A stretch of 64,000 bases of DNA from an uncultured delta proteobacterium (GTDB taxonomy: Bacteria; Desulfobacterota; Binatia; UBA9968): the NCBI GenBank assembly GCA_963816145.1, contig CAWFJP010000014.1, positions 512,001-576,000 of the forward strand, given 5' to 3'. The position numbers were made by a program, and so were the translations under genes. Shown one piece after another: positions 20,912 through 29,846 of this stretch. The notes beneath the pieces are model-generated. The model searched no databases. It was not told the origin of the DNA and worked only from the letters and a program-made list of their open reading frames with translations. The first letter of the stretch is position 1, and every line of letters starts with the position of its first letter.

Positions 20912-21027
20912 AAGGCGAGCCCGACTAATTTGTCGGTCTAGAGTCCGGCAACCAGTTGAAGCAAAATATGACGGACTTTTAGTTAGAAGGTATTGCGGAT
21001 GTGGCGTCTGCAGAGTAACGCAAACGG
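20912..21027 (+). pseudogene. degenerate direct copy of the 3' end and downstream spacer of the SBP gene (20065-20177)
   Basis: aaggcgagcccgacta..gtcgg..gagt.cggca.ccagttgaa.caa.atatgacgga.ttt..agaag...gatgt...cgcaaacgg shared. Confidence 0.85.
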
Positions 21028-21067
21028 CGTGTGCCGCAGTGGAATTAAAAGGGGCTGACGGCGTTCC

Positions 21068-21120
21068 TTGACCGTATTCCGCTGGCGGGGTATTTTGAAA
21101 TAGACCAGAATCATGGTCGA
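21068..21120 (+). promoter_or_regulatory. promoter and palindromic operator of the Phd/RelE operon
   Basis: TTGACC-17-TATTTT followed by the inverted repeat GACCA-gaatca-TGGTC. Confidence 0.55.
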
Positions 21121-21137
21121 TGAGAGGCAAGGCTCCA

Positions 21138-21431
21138 ATGTCTAAAACAATGCCAATTTCAGAAGTTAAAACGCGGTTGCCCGAGCTGGTCTCCGGAGTA
21201 GCGGAGCGAGAAGAAGAGATCGTGGTAACACGCAACGGTAAGCCAGCTGCGGTCTTAGTTAACTACGACGACTACGAGCGTCTGAAAGACACCCTCGATG
21301 TACTGAGTGATCCGGTTTTGATGAAGCAGATCAGTCAGAGCAAACGCTTTTACGCCAAGGGACGACAGGGGCACTCCTTTGAAGCGGTCTTTGGCGAACC
21401 GCTTGTTGTGGTAAAACGCCGGAAAAAATAA
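21138..21431 (+). CDS. Phd/YefM family antitoxin
   Basis: PISEVKTRLPELV..V...EEIVVTRNGKPAAVLV..DDYE.L..TL..LS.P. Confidence 0.93.
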   Translation: MSKTMPISEVKTRLPELVSGVAEREEEIVVTRNGKPAAVLVNYDDYERLKDTLDVLSDPVLMKQISQSKRFYAKGRQGHSFEAVFGEPLVVVKRRKK

Positions 21432-21727
21432 TGGCCGCCTACCGGCCCGATATCCCTCCGCACATCGTGGAAGTTATTCGCCACTTGCCGCCGGACGTTA
21501 AACGCAGCGTTAAGCAAGCATTAAGATCTTTGAGCGCCGATCCACTTGTCGGCACGCCCCTCAAGCGGGAATTATTACGGCTGAGGAAATTCACAGTCAG
21601 ACGATTTCGCATTGTTTATGAGCTTGATCGCAACGCTCGTGTTATTAGGATATTTGCGATTGGTCACCGTCGGGACGTTTACGAAGAAATAGCCGACCGA
21701 TTGCGTCGAGTTGCCCGGGGAAAATAG
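21431..21727 (+). CDS. RelE/ParE family toxin
   Basis: L.ADP..G.PL...L..LRK..V.RFRIVY......I.AIGHRRDVYE; TAATG coupling to the antitoxin. Confidence 0.92.
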   Translation: MAAYRPDIPPHIVEVIRHLPPDVKRSVKQALRSLSADPLVGTPLKRELLRLRKFTVRRFRIVYELDRNARVIRIFAIGHRRDVYEEIADRLRRVARGK

Positions 21728-21803
21728 CGGGCTGTTGGCAAAGATAGTCTAGTCGTTAAATTCAGACAGGACGATGCCGCTTCGCAGAAGGCCAGCTTGT
21801 TTG

Positions 21804-22112
21804 CTACCGTTTTCTCTGATGAGTGCTGACTTTAGCCTTCGAGGTCGGGGATTGTCCATTCCCTGGAATGGTAGGCAGAGCGGCGGCCAGTGCTGCAGCC
21901 AATTCGGGTACGTTCTTAAAAAAGCGCGAGTGGGTTCGCATCAGAGCGTCGCGAGACGACGCGGTCAGGAGGACCACCTCGACATCAGAATCGTCCTTGT
22001 GAGCTTTTTCCTCCTTGAAGCGCAGGCGCATTGCAACAGCGCGATCAGACCCTAGCTCCTCGAACTGGATTAGATCACCGGTAGACCGTCGATATCGAAT
22101 CAGATATTGCAT
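21804..22112 (-). CDS. putative antitoxin resembling the CapRel C-terminal domain
   Basis: TGATG overlap with the SAS gene; YLIRY..A...R..EE..D.EVVLL.A.S...L..THSRFF pattern. Confidence 0.6.
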   Translation of the reverse strand: MQYLIRYRRSTGDLIQFEELGSDRAVAMRLRFKEEKAHKDDSDVEVVLLTASSRDALMRTHSRFFKNVPELAAALAAALPTIPGNGQSPTSKAKVSTHQRKR

Positions 22113-22864
22113 CACTTCGAATCGCCTCCTTGCGCCGTCATCGCTTCCAACATAGTGCGAATTGACTCTTCGCGCTCACGCAGATACTCACGGAAGCTCC
22201 GGACCTTTGCGATGTGCAATCGGATCTCGCGTTGCATCGACGCCGCCCGTTTTGGCTTGGGCAAGTTAGTTTCCAGGGGATTCAACTGTGTGAGCATAAC
22301 CTCCGCCTGCGCAATGTCTCGAGAAATGTTCAGCAGTGTCTCCACATCTGCGCTGCGTGTCTGCGCCGCACCGCCATAGCGGATCTCGCGACCGGCTTTA
22401 TCGGCCAATCGCTCCAAAGCCTGTGCCCAAAGGTCCTGTAACTGTGTACGCACCTGAATTTCTATGAGATGCCCGTCAATCGTGACAATTAAATGTACGG
22501 CACGATAGCCGTGGGTCGGGCGTATCCGTCGGTCTATCATTTTTGTGATGTGGAATGTGTCGACGATCCGTTTCACAATCTGGTCCTGTTTTGCAAGATC
22601 CGCCTCGGAAACGATGCGAAGTCCTCCAATGTCCTGCATCTCGGCGAGGCGTGTCCTTTCACGCCGCAGTTTCTCAATAATTGTATTAGTAGTTTTCAGC
22701 CGAGAAGTTGCTTCGAAACCCAGATTCATAAGGAGAGTCTGTGCCTTGAACATCGGTTCGTCGTAGGATGCACGGAATTGCTGAAGTTGCGACAGTGTAT
22801 CCTCGTCGAGCTCAAATACCTTCCGGAGCTTTTCACCAAGCTTGTTAATCTGCGATTTCGTCAT
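22112..22864 (-). CDS. RelA/SpoT-domain small alarmone synthetase homologue (CapRel/PhRel-like toxSAS)
   Basis: TKSQINKLGEKLR N-terminus, SRLKT..TIIEKL.R, MQDIGGLR, GYRAVH, EIQVRT.LQ..WA. Confidence 0.88.
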   Translation of the reverse strand: MTKSQINKLGEKLRKVFELDEDTLSQLQQFRASYDEPMFKAQTLLMNLGFEATSRLKTTNTIIEKLRRERTRLAEMQDIGGLRIVSEADLAKQDQIVKRIVDTFHITKMIDRRIRPTHGYRAVHLIVTIDGHLIEIQVRTQLQDLWAQALERLADKAGREIRYGGAAQTRSADVETLLNISRDIAQAEVMLTQLNPLETNLPKPKRAASMQREIRLHIAKVRSFREYLREREESIRTMLEAMTAQGGDSK

Positions 22865-23043
22865 CCGGTCGCTTGGAACCTTTCCAACCAACGGAACCCA
22901 GCAAATAGATGCCGGTATCGGAGATTAGGTCTGACTCCTTTTCTGATTCCCTCGGGTGTGGAATTAGTGACAAGTGTTATCGGAATGAAAGTAATGTGGA
23001 AATGCGAATGTCGAGCGATTCGCGGTCACTGCAAGTGATCTCG

Positions 23044-23442
23044 TTATGCCTTAAGCTGGAGATGGAAAAGCGATTCCGTGTAGTCATTCTCCGTGATCTT
23101 GTCGAGCCCTGAAACGCCGGGACTTGGGTTCGCCACGATACCGAGTGTGAGCTGGGAATGTTTGATTTCTGAAAGGCGCATTTTAGCCACCATGGAGCTG
23201 GTGCTTTTGGTACCGAGGGTTACCAAGTCGCCGTCAGCGCGAATTGTTAGCGGCTTTCCAAATTCGTCGAATGCGCCGAGGCCTCCCGGATAAGCCCTTA
23301 TCTCGTCGAGCGTTACAGACGGAAGCAATTGGACTTCTGAATTTGCAGCTATCGTAGCCCATGATTTTTGACGGGTTCCCAAAAAAATCATAATTGGTTT
23401 CCTTGTTCTTGGTAACGTAACTCCGGCACAATGGATCGTCAA
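23044..23442 (-). CDS. hypothetical protein or fragment, lower GC
   Basis: 132-aa ORF only; no motif recognised. Confidence 0.35.
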   Translation of the reverse strand: MTIHCAGVTLPRTRKPIMIFLGTRQKSWATIAANSEVQLLPSVTLDEIRAYPGGLGAFDEFGKPLTIRADGDLVTLGTKSTSSMVAKMRLSEIKHSQLTLGIVANPSPGVSGLDKITENDYTESLFHLQLKA

Positions 23443-23737
23443 TAGATAGCGAAAAGGAAGAAATGTACGATTCTCGCACGTCCTGCCAATTTGTGTCCGA
23501 TTAGTCGGATCGCTTAAAAGTGAAGTCGGTAATGAGACAGGTGATTGTTGGTTAGGACAATCAAACCGAAAGCCTTGGACGTTTAGCCCCGATCCCGTCT
23601 GAGTCCCTCGTTCGCGCTGTAGATGAACAGCCCGCTGATGGGTGTTGTAATGGCTGGGTACTTGTCTTTGTTCACACCGATGAATGACAGGAGATCCACC
23701 CGCCTGTCCGGACCAAACTTAATCCTGCACGCTGTGC

Positions 23738-23914
23738 TTACGTAACAAAATACCCACCCACCACCGCCTCTTTCCAGCTCTTAATCACTGACGGTACAAT
23801 TCCCGCTGGTAAGTTTTTTTCCGGTTTCCAAAAACTATGCACGCCGGCGCCGAAGCGGGTGATGGCGGTTTTTGGCGCAGGCTTCATGGCGCGGAAGCCG
23901 GGGATGAGCACTTC
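23738..23914 (-). pseudogene. in-frame diverged copy of the last 58 codons plus stop of CDS 24584-25939
   Basis: Gap-free alignment with 24584-24760; by hand 20 synonymous and 4 non-synonymous codon differences. Confidence 0.95.
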
Positions 23915-23984
23915 TTGGCTTGAGTGCTTACATTGATGTGGATTATGATGGCGTCATCGCATAACGCGAATTGGAGAGTCCAAT

Positions 23985-24215
23985 ATGAAGACAGTGCAAA
24001 TAACCTTAGACGATAGTCTGGTAAAGGCGGTCGACAGCGCCGCGAAGAAACTCGGAACAACTCGATCCGTCTTTACGCGCGAAGCCCTGCGATCCGCTCT
24101 TAAAGGTGTTCGGGTTAAGAACATGGAGTCCAAGCATCGCGCGGGCTATAAGCGCAAGCCGGTTAAGCGCGGCGAATTTACTGACTGGGAGTCGGAGCAA
24201 GTGTGGGGTGACTGA
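23985..24215 (+). CDS. ribbon-helix-helix (CopG-like) antitoxin
   Basis: MKTVQITLDD.L...VD..A..LG..RS...REAL; promoter-like TTGAGT-18-TATGAT at 23920-23949. Confidence 0.9.
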   Translation: MKTVQITLDDSLVKAVDSAAKKLGTTRSVFTREALRSALKGVRVKNMESKHRAGYKRKPVKRGEFTDWESEQVWGD

Positions 24216-24526
24216 TGAAAAGAGGAGAGGTTCGATGGTACGTTTTTGCTCGCCCAGACAAGGAGCGGCCGGTTCTGATTCTGACACGGGATTCAGCGCT
24301 GGGATTCCTCGGCGAAGTAACCGTTGCTCCCATTACATCGACGATTCGCGACATTCCCTCTGAAGTCTTGCTGACGAAGGACGATGGCGTGCCGCGAGAT
24401 TGTGCCGTCAATCTCGACCATCTCCAGACGGTTTCCAAAGGGAAAATCGGTTCTCTGATCACGACTTTAGGTAGCGGCAAGATGCAACAGGTGCACGCGA
24501 GTTTGCAATTCGCTCTGGGATTCTAG
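24215..24526 (+). CDS. PemK/MazF family endoribonuclease toxin
   Basis: MKRGEV.W......K.RPVLIL, VTVAPITS, VNLD.LQTV.K. Confidence 0.93.
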   Translation: MKRGEVRWYVFARPDKERPVLILTRDSALGFLGEVTVAPITSTIRDIPSEVLLTKDDGVPRDCAVNLDHLQTVSKGKIGSLITTLGSGKMQQVHASLQFALGF

Positions 24527-24583
24527 CCGAGGATTACATTCAGTCTTGGTCTTGAACGATTGGCCAACTAGCCCAAAGAAGTT

Positions 24584-25939
24584 TTATGCAACAAAATACC
24601 CGCCCACCACGGCTTCTTTCCAACTCTTGATCACCGACGGCACGATGCCGGCCGGTAAATCTTTTTCCGGTTTCCAGAAGCTGTGCACGCCGGCGCCGAA
24701 GCGGGTGATGCCGGTCTTGGGCGCCGGTTTCATGGCGCGGAAGCCGGGGATGATTACCTCGGCGTAGACTTCGGGGCTGTGGTCGCGGCTGTCTTTGGAG
24801 ATCTCGAACAGAAACGGCGGCAGCGGTTTTACGCTTGGTCCTGACATTTCCCGGGTGTAGCCGATGAAGCGTTGCACCAGCGCTTCGGTCTCCTCTTTGT
24901 TCATCTTCATTCTTGCTGCGCTGACTCGGGCGCCTTCCGCGAGCGATCCGGTGATGGCGTGGGTGACGAGATACTCGGCTTTGAACTGCGGGCGGTTCTT
25001 GGCGCGCTCCCAGGCCTCGAGCACGTCTTCCATGATCGCCGGCAAACGCATCAGCGCGCTGGGTCCTTCCTGGCCAAGCGCTTCCGGTCCTTGATAGCGC
25101 GCGAGGTCGCGCCAGGTGCGGATGTAAAGTTCGTCGAACGGATCGCTGCGCGGCTTGCCTTGCTTCTCGGGCTTGTCGTAGCCGCTGATCTTGCCGAGTT
25201 CGCCGCCCCAGACATCTCGGCCCGAGCACAGATAGCCGAACGGCGAATTTTCCGTGGCGCAGACGCCGGCCATATTCGGTATGCGTTGCGACAACATGCA
25301 AATGAATGGGCCGCCGGTGGAATGGCCCTGGCCGTAGATGGAAAATTCGCCGATCGGAAAATGGCGCTTGCAGGCTTCGATCATGCCGGCTTCGAACGCC
25401 GCCGGCCATGCGGCCATGCGGTACCAGAAAATCGTTTCCGGCTTCGCTTTGGCCAGTGTGCGGGTGCCGTAGCGGTTGCGCTTGGAGGGGTCTTTGACGA
25501 CGGTGTATTGATCAGGCCCGATCAATTCGCCTTGCTTCCAGATCGGTGTGCGCACGGTGCCGTCGGCATGAATCGTGTCGTCCGGCCAGTCGCGGCTTGG
25601 ATCGGGAAAGTAGAAACGGCCCGGGAAGGTGCCGGCGATGACCCGGCAGCCATACTTGCTGGCGAGCAGCTTGGCATGGCGCTCAATGCCTTTGAAGTCG
25701 CTCGATCCACCGTGCAGGAGAAAAAAGCCGATCTTCTTGCCGTCGGCACCGGTGGGGATTTTGCTAGCGTCCACCGGTTGATGGACGACCATGCCCAGGT
25801 CCCAGTCCATGCCGAGCACGTTGATGCGGAAAATATCCTCGGTGCTGGTGATCGGGATATCGAGCAGGCCCAGGACTTCTTCAGTGTCCTTGATGCACTG
25901 TTCGCGGGAAACGAATTCAGGTGGTTGCCACTGGGTCAT
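24584..25939 (-). CDS. conserved hypothetical protein, probable alpha/beta-hydrolase fold
   Basis: LLHGG oxyanion-like motif and GHSTGG elbow; GC3-rich; AGGAG RBS. Confidence 0.7.
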   Translation of the reverse strand: MTQWQPPEFVSREQCIKDTEEVLGLLDIPITSTEDIFRINVLGMDWDLGMVVHQPVDASKIPTGADGKKIGFFLLHGGSSDFKGIERHAKLLASKYGCRVIAGTFPGRFYFPDPSRDWPDDTIHADGTVRTPIWKQGELIGPDQYTVVKDPSKRNRYGTRTLAKAKPETIFWYRMAAWPAAFEAGMIEACKRHFPIGEFSIYGQGHSTGGPFICMLSQRIPNMAGVCATENSPFGYLCSGRDVWGGELGKISGYDKPEKQGKPRSDPFDELYIRTWRDLARYQGPEALGQEGPSALMRLPAIMEDVLEAWERAKNRPQFKAEYLVTHAITGSLAEGARVSAARMKMNKEETEALVQRFIGYTREMSGPSVKPLPPFLFEISKDSRDHSPEVYAEVIIPGFRAMKPAPKTGITRFGAGVHSFWKPEKDLPAGIVPSVIKSWKEAVVGGYFVA

Positions 25940-26013
25940 GATGGTTTCTCCTTATCTTTGATCTACTTCAGGTCCTGGTATGGGTAGTGTGTCACATTCA
26001 ACTTGTCTTGATT

Positions 26014-26290
26014 ACCACGAAAGACACGAAGAGCACGAAGTTCGGAATTTAAGTCAACCCCTGCGTGTCCTTCGTGCTCTCCCTAGTAAATACATGTGCA
26101 GGTATGATCCGGGCGACGAATTGGCACGAGGTTTCCGTCATACCGGCGAAAGCCGGTATCCATCCCCTCCCGCCCCTGGATGCCGGCCTTCGCCGGCATG
26201 ACGAATCAAGGAAAAAACCATGGGGTGGTGGGCTGGTTGCAATTTCATACTCTGCAGACGACCGTAAGATCATGACACACTTCGTGGTGG
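26014..26290. repeat. nested repeat: CACGAAG palindrome interrupted by a ~195 bp element containing a REP doublet (26137-26203)
   Basis: Right arm breaks at ~26083 and resumes as cttcgtggtgg at 26280; insert has the inverted repeats tgcaggtatga / tcatactctgca. Confidence 0.65.
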
Positions 26291-26638
26291 AAACTTCCTT
26301 ACAGTAAGCCCCGAAGAGTACCTTTAATCAACGAACGCTTCAGCTGCTTCTTCGATTAACTCGCGCGGGCGGCTCAAGTCAACCGGTGGAGTCCAGTTTC
26401 TAGTCGTCCGCGGCAACCTGCGAAGAGATTTCTCGCTTTGCTCGAAATGACAACTCTTGAAGGTATCTTGACGAACTGATTCGGCATCGAGGCGCTGGAC
26501 AAGCAAACGAAAAACCGTATAGAAACGGTGAACAGTGACAAGTCGTGCGAGTGCTGCCGCGAGAAAAATTGCCGCCGGGCTTTGCATTGGATAGCCCAGT
26601 GATAATAGAAGAGAAGAGATCGACGGAGGATTGAAGTC

Positions 26639-27601
26639 ATGAAATTTCTGATCACCGGCGGCATGGGCGTCAATGGCGCTGTAGCGGCCCGCTTGATGGT
26701 GCGCGACGGTTTGCGGCCGCTGTTGATGGACAACCGCGTCGATTACACGTTGATCGAAGACATCAAGAATCAAGTCGATATTGTCACCGGCGATATTTGC
26801 GATCAGGCCGTTTTGGAGAAAGCCGTCGATGATTACAAAGTCACCCATATCGCCCATCTCGCGGCGCTGATGCCGGAACCGGCGGAAGCCAATCCGAGGC
26901 TGGCGGTTCGGGTCAGCTTCGACGGTCTGATCAATATTCTCGAAGTCGCTCGTGCGAAGGGCATCAAAAGAGTCGTTTACACCAGCTCGAAGGCCGCCTA
27001 CGGCGAGATCAACGGTGAAGAGGGGCCGCCCAATTACAAACCGGTGCGCGAAGACTATCGCAAGCTGCCCGCCGATCTGTACGGCTCGATGAAGGTCGGC
27101 TGCGAAGAGCTCGGGCGCTATTATCGCGAGACCTACGGCGTCGAGTTCATTGCCCTACGCTTCGTGTCGATTTATGGACCGGGCAAGGAGGCGCGCCATG
27201 GGCCGCTGTCGTTCTATGGCCAGTTGATCGAGAAAGCGCGCGAGGGCGCCAAGTGGGTGATTCCCCAGGGCGGCGATCAATTGAACGACGCGGTTTATGT
27301 CGGCGACGTGGGCCGCTCGGTTTATCTAGCGCTCAAAGCGCCGACGCCGAAGGAGTGGACCTTTAACATCGGCACCGGCAAAGCGTCCACGCCGCGCGAC
27401 TTTCTCAACGCCGCGGCCAAGCTGTTTCCCAATCACAAAATCGAGTTGGGCCCCGGACCGAGCAAGCTCGGCAGGAGCAAGCAGAGCTACTGCATCTTCG
27501 ATATCTCGGCGGCCAAACGCAACATCGGCTACGAGCCGGCGTACACGGTCGAACAAGGTGTGAAGGATTACGTCGAAACCCTGGATCGATTGGGCAGGTA
27601 G
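26639..27601 (+). CDS. NAD-dependent epimerase/dehydratase (extended SDR)
   Basis: LITGGMGVNG, HLAA, TSS.A.YG, YGSMK (YxxxK). Confidence 0.92.
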   Translation: MKFLITGGMGVNGAVAARLMVRDGLRPLLMDNRVDYTLIEDIKNQVDIVTGDICDQAVLEKAVDDYKVTHIAHLAALMPEPAEANPRLAVRVSFDGLINILEVARAKGIKRVVYTSSKAAYGEINGEEGPPNYKPVREDYRKLPADLYGSMKVGCEELGRYYRETYGVEFIALRFVSIYGPGKEARHGPLSFYGQLIEKAREGAKWVIPQGGDQLNDAVYVGDVGRSVYLALKAPTPKEWTFNIGTGKASTPRDFLNAAAKLFPNHKIELGPGPSKLGRSKQSYCIFDISAAKRNIGYEPAYTVEQGVKDYVETLDRLGR

Positions 27602-27613
27602 GATCAAGACGAC

Positions 27614-27693
27614 TCACCACGAAGGCACGAAGAGCACGAAGTTTGGAATAATATTTCTCCGAAACCTTCGTGTGCTTCGTGTCTTCGTGGTGA
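27614..27693. repeat. CACGAAG-nonamer palindrome
   Basis: tcaccacgaaggcacgaagagcacgaag ... cttcgtgtgcttcgtgtcttcgtggtga. Confidence 0.9.
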
Positions 27694-27746
27694 AAAATGG
27701 AATTCAGTAAATTTACCGTATTCGCAATTCTAACAACGGAGGGAAC

Positions 27747-29543
27747 ATGGCAGAGACGTCCAAAGGCGCCGACAGTTGGTCGGCCGGTATCGGCAGCAAA
27801 AGCAAAGCGCAATATGGCTCGGACTTGATGGTTGAAGTGTTACGCGAGTTGGGGATCAAGTACATCGCCCTCAACCCGGGCGCGAGTTATCGCGGCCTGC
27901 ATGATTCGCTGGTCAACTTCGAGGCCGGCAAAGAAATTCAAATGATCATGTGCACCCATGAGGAGATCGCCGTGGCGATCGCCAACGGCTACGCGCGCGC
28001 CACCGGCGAGATCATGGCCACGGGTCTGCACAACGTGGTCGGCTTGCAGCATGCGAGCATGGCGATCTTCAACGCCTGGTGCGATCGCACGCCGATTCTA
28101 AACCTCGGCGGCGGCGGGCCGCAGGATACGACGCAACGGCGCTCCACCGACTGGGTTCATACGGCATTGGTGCAAGGCTTGGCGGTGCGTGATTACGTTA
28201 AGTATGACGACCAGCCGACCACGGTGGATGCGGTGGCGGAGTCGTTCTTGAAAGCCTACCGCTATGCCATGACCGAACCCAAAGGGCCGGTCTACATCTG
28301 CCTCGATACCGATGTGCAGGAAGCGCAGATCGCTAAGCCGATGACCGTCCCGCATGCGCAGCTATTTCGTCCGCCGGCGGGACCGGCGGCCAATCCTGAA
28401 CAACTCCGCACCGCCGCTCGGCTCCTCGCCGAAGCGCAGTGGCCGGCCATCGTCGCCGGCGAGTGCGGCAAGAATCCTAAGGCGCTGCCGGCATTACTCG
28501 ACTTGGCCGAAGCGCTGGGCGCGCCGGTGGTGGACAGCGACGGACGCTATGCGTTCCCGAGCACCCATCCGTTGAACTTGACCAACGCGCGCGAAGAGGC
28601 GCTGAAAAATGCCGACGTGGTGCTCGCTTTGGATGTGCCCAGTCTCGGCGTGCCGCTCGGGCCATCGGTGCGCGAGCGCGGCAACTTCGCGCCGATCATC
28701 TCGCCGTCCTGCCAGGTGATTCATATGACCCTGCTCGATCTCGAAAAGCAGAGTTGGGTGAGCGACAACATGTGGCTCCTGCCGGTGCATGTGCCGATCG
28801 CCGCGGATACGGCGGTGGGAGTGCCGGCGCTGCTCGAGCAGGTGCGCGAGCGCTTGGCGGGCAACGCCGAAGCCGCGCAGCGAGTGCCGGGGAGACGGGC
28901 CAGAGTGGAAGCGATCTATCGCGACACGCGCAAGAAGAGCGAAGAATGGATCAAGCGAACCTGGGATGAAAGACCGATCTCGCAGGCGCGCTTCTTCAGT
29001 GAGATCAACCAACGGGTGCAAGGCAAATCCTGGGCGCTGGTGTCGTCGCATGGGCGGCGCTGGCGTGAAGCCATCGAGGTCACCGAGCCGGCCCATGGCA
29101 TGGGCGGCGGACGCGGCGGCGGTGTCGGCTACGGTTTGCCTTCGTCCATCGGTTCGGCGCTGGGCTTCAAAGGCAGCGGCCGGTTGTGCGTTAGCATTCT
29201 CGGAGATGGCGACTTTTTGATGACGTCGAACGCCCTGTGGACGGCGGCGAAATATCAGATTCCGCTCTTGGCGATCGTGCTCAACAATCACTCGTACTAC
29301 AACGACGAGGAGCATCAGGAGCGCATGGCGCGCTGGCGCGATCGGCCGGTGGCCAACAAAGGCATTGGCATCCGCATCGAAGATCCGGTGCCCGATCTGT
29401 GCACCATCGCGCGCGCCTTTGGCGTCGATGCCTTCGGCCCGATCACCGAACCCGGCGATCTCGGTCCGGCGCTCGACAAGGCGATCCCGATCGTCGAAAG
29501 CGGCAAGCCGGTGGTCGTCGACGTGTTCACGCAGCCGCGGTAG
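27747..29543 (+). CDS. thiamine diphosphate-dependent enzyme (benzoylformate decarboxylase/ALS-like)
   Basis: NPG, HEE.AV..A.GYA, GDGDFLM...LNN ThDP motif. Confidence 0.92.
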   Translation: MAETSKGADSWSAGIGSKSKAQYGSDLMVEVLRELGIKYIALNPGASYRGLHDSLVNFEAGKEIQMIMCTHEEIAVAIANGYARATGEIMATGLHNVVGLQHASMAIFNAWCDRTPILNLGGGGPQDTTQRRSTDWVHTALVQGLAVRDYVKYDDQPTTVDAVAESFLKAYRYAMTEPKGPVYICLDTDVQEAQIAKPMTVPHAQLFRPPAGPAANPEQLRTAARLLAEAQWPAIVAGECGKNPKALPALLDLAEALGAPVVDSDGRYAFPSTHPLNLTNAREEALKNADVVLALDVPSLGVPLGPSVRERGNFAPIISPSCQVIHMTLLDLEKQSWVSDNMWLLPVHVPIAADTAVGVPALLEQVRERLAGNAEAAQRVPGRRARVEAIYRDTRKKSEEWIKRTWDERPISQARFFSEINQRVQGKSWALVSSHGRRWREAIEVTEPAHGMGGGRGGGVGYGLPSSIGSALGFKGSGRLCVSILGDGDFLMTSNALWTAAKYQIPLLAIVLNNHSYYNDEEHQERMARWRDRPVANKGIGIRIEDPVPDLCTIARAFGVDAFGPITEPGDLGPALDKAIPIVESGKPVVVDVFTQPR

Positions 29544-29600
29544 CCGTGAGAAGGTTTGGAAAGTTCATCGCAGAGGCGCGGAGGAGGCGGGGAGAATTCA

Positions 29601-29775
29601 TTCAACACCCCTTGGCTCGGTGCTGAGGGGAGGGGGGCGTCGACTCGAAGCCAACTTTCCGGTTCGTCATCCCGGCGCACGCCGGAATCCATCCGGATAT
29701 TCGCGAAAAGAAGCGAACCAAGATGGATACCGGCTTACGCCGGTATGACGAATCTCCTCTGCACCTCAATGGCGG
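29601..29775 (-). mobile_element. PATE/MITE-like element, copy 3 (diverged)
   Basis: Shares the end hairpin, gtcgactcgaag core and REP doublet (29666-29750) with 13250-13431. Confidence 0.55.
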
Positions 29776-29846
29776 CTTGAGTCGTAGCGAAGGGGCCATG
29801 GTTTTTAACTTCCCCGAAATAAATATTAGACCAAGAGGTTATATCG

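Noticed and set aside
20860-24540. Integron cassette array
   Set aside because: No intI and no convincing attC sites (RYYYAAC...GTTRRRY with internal palindrome); genes are in mixed orientation.
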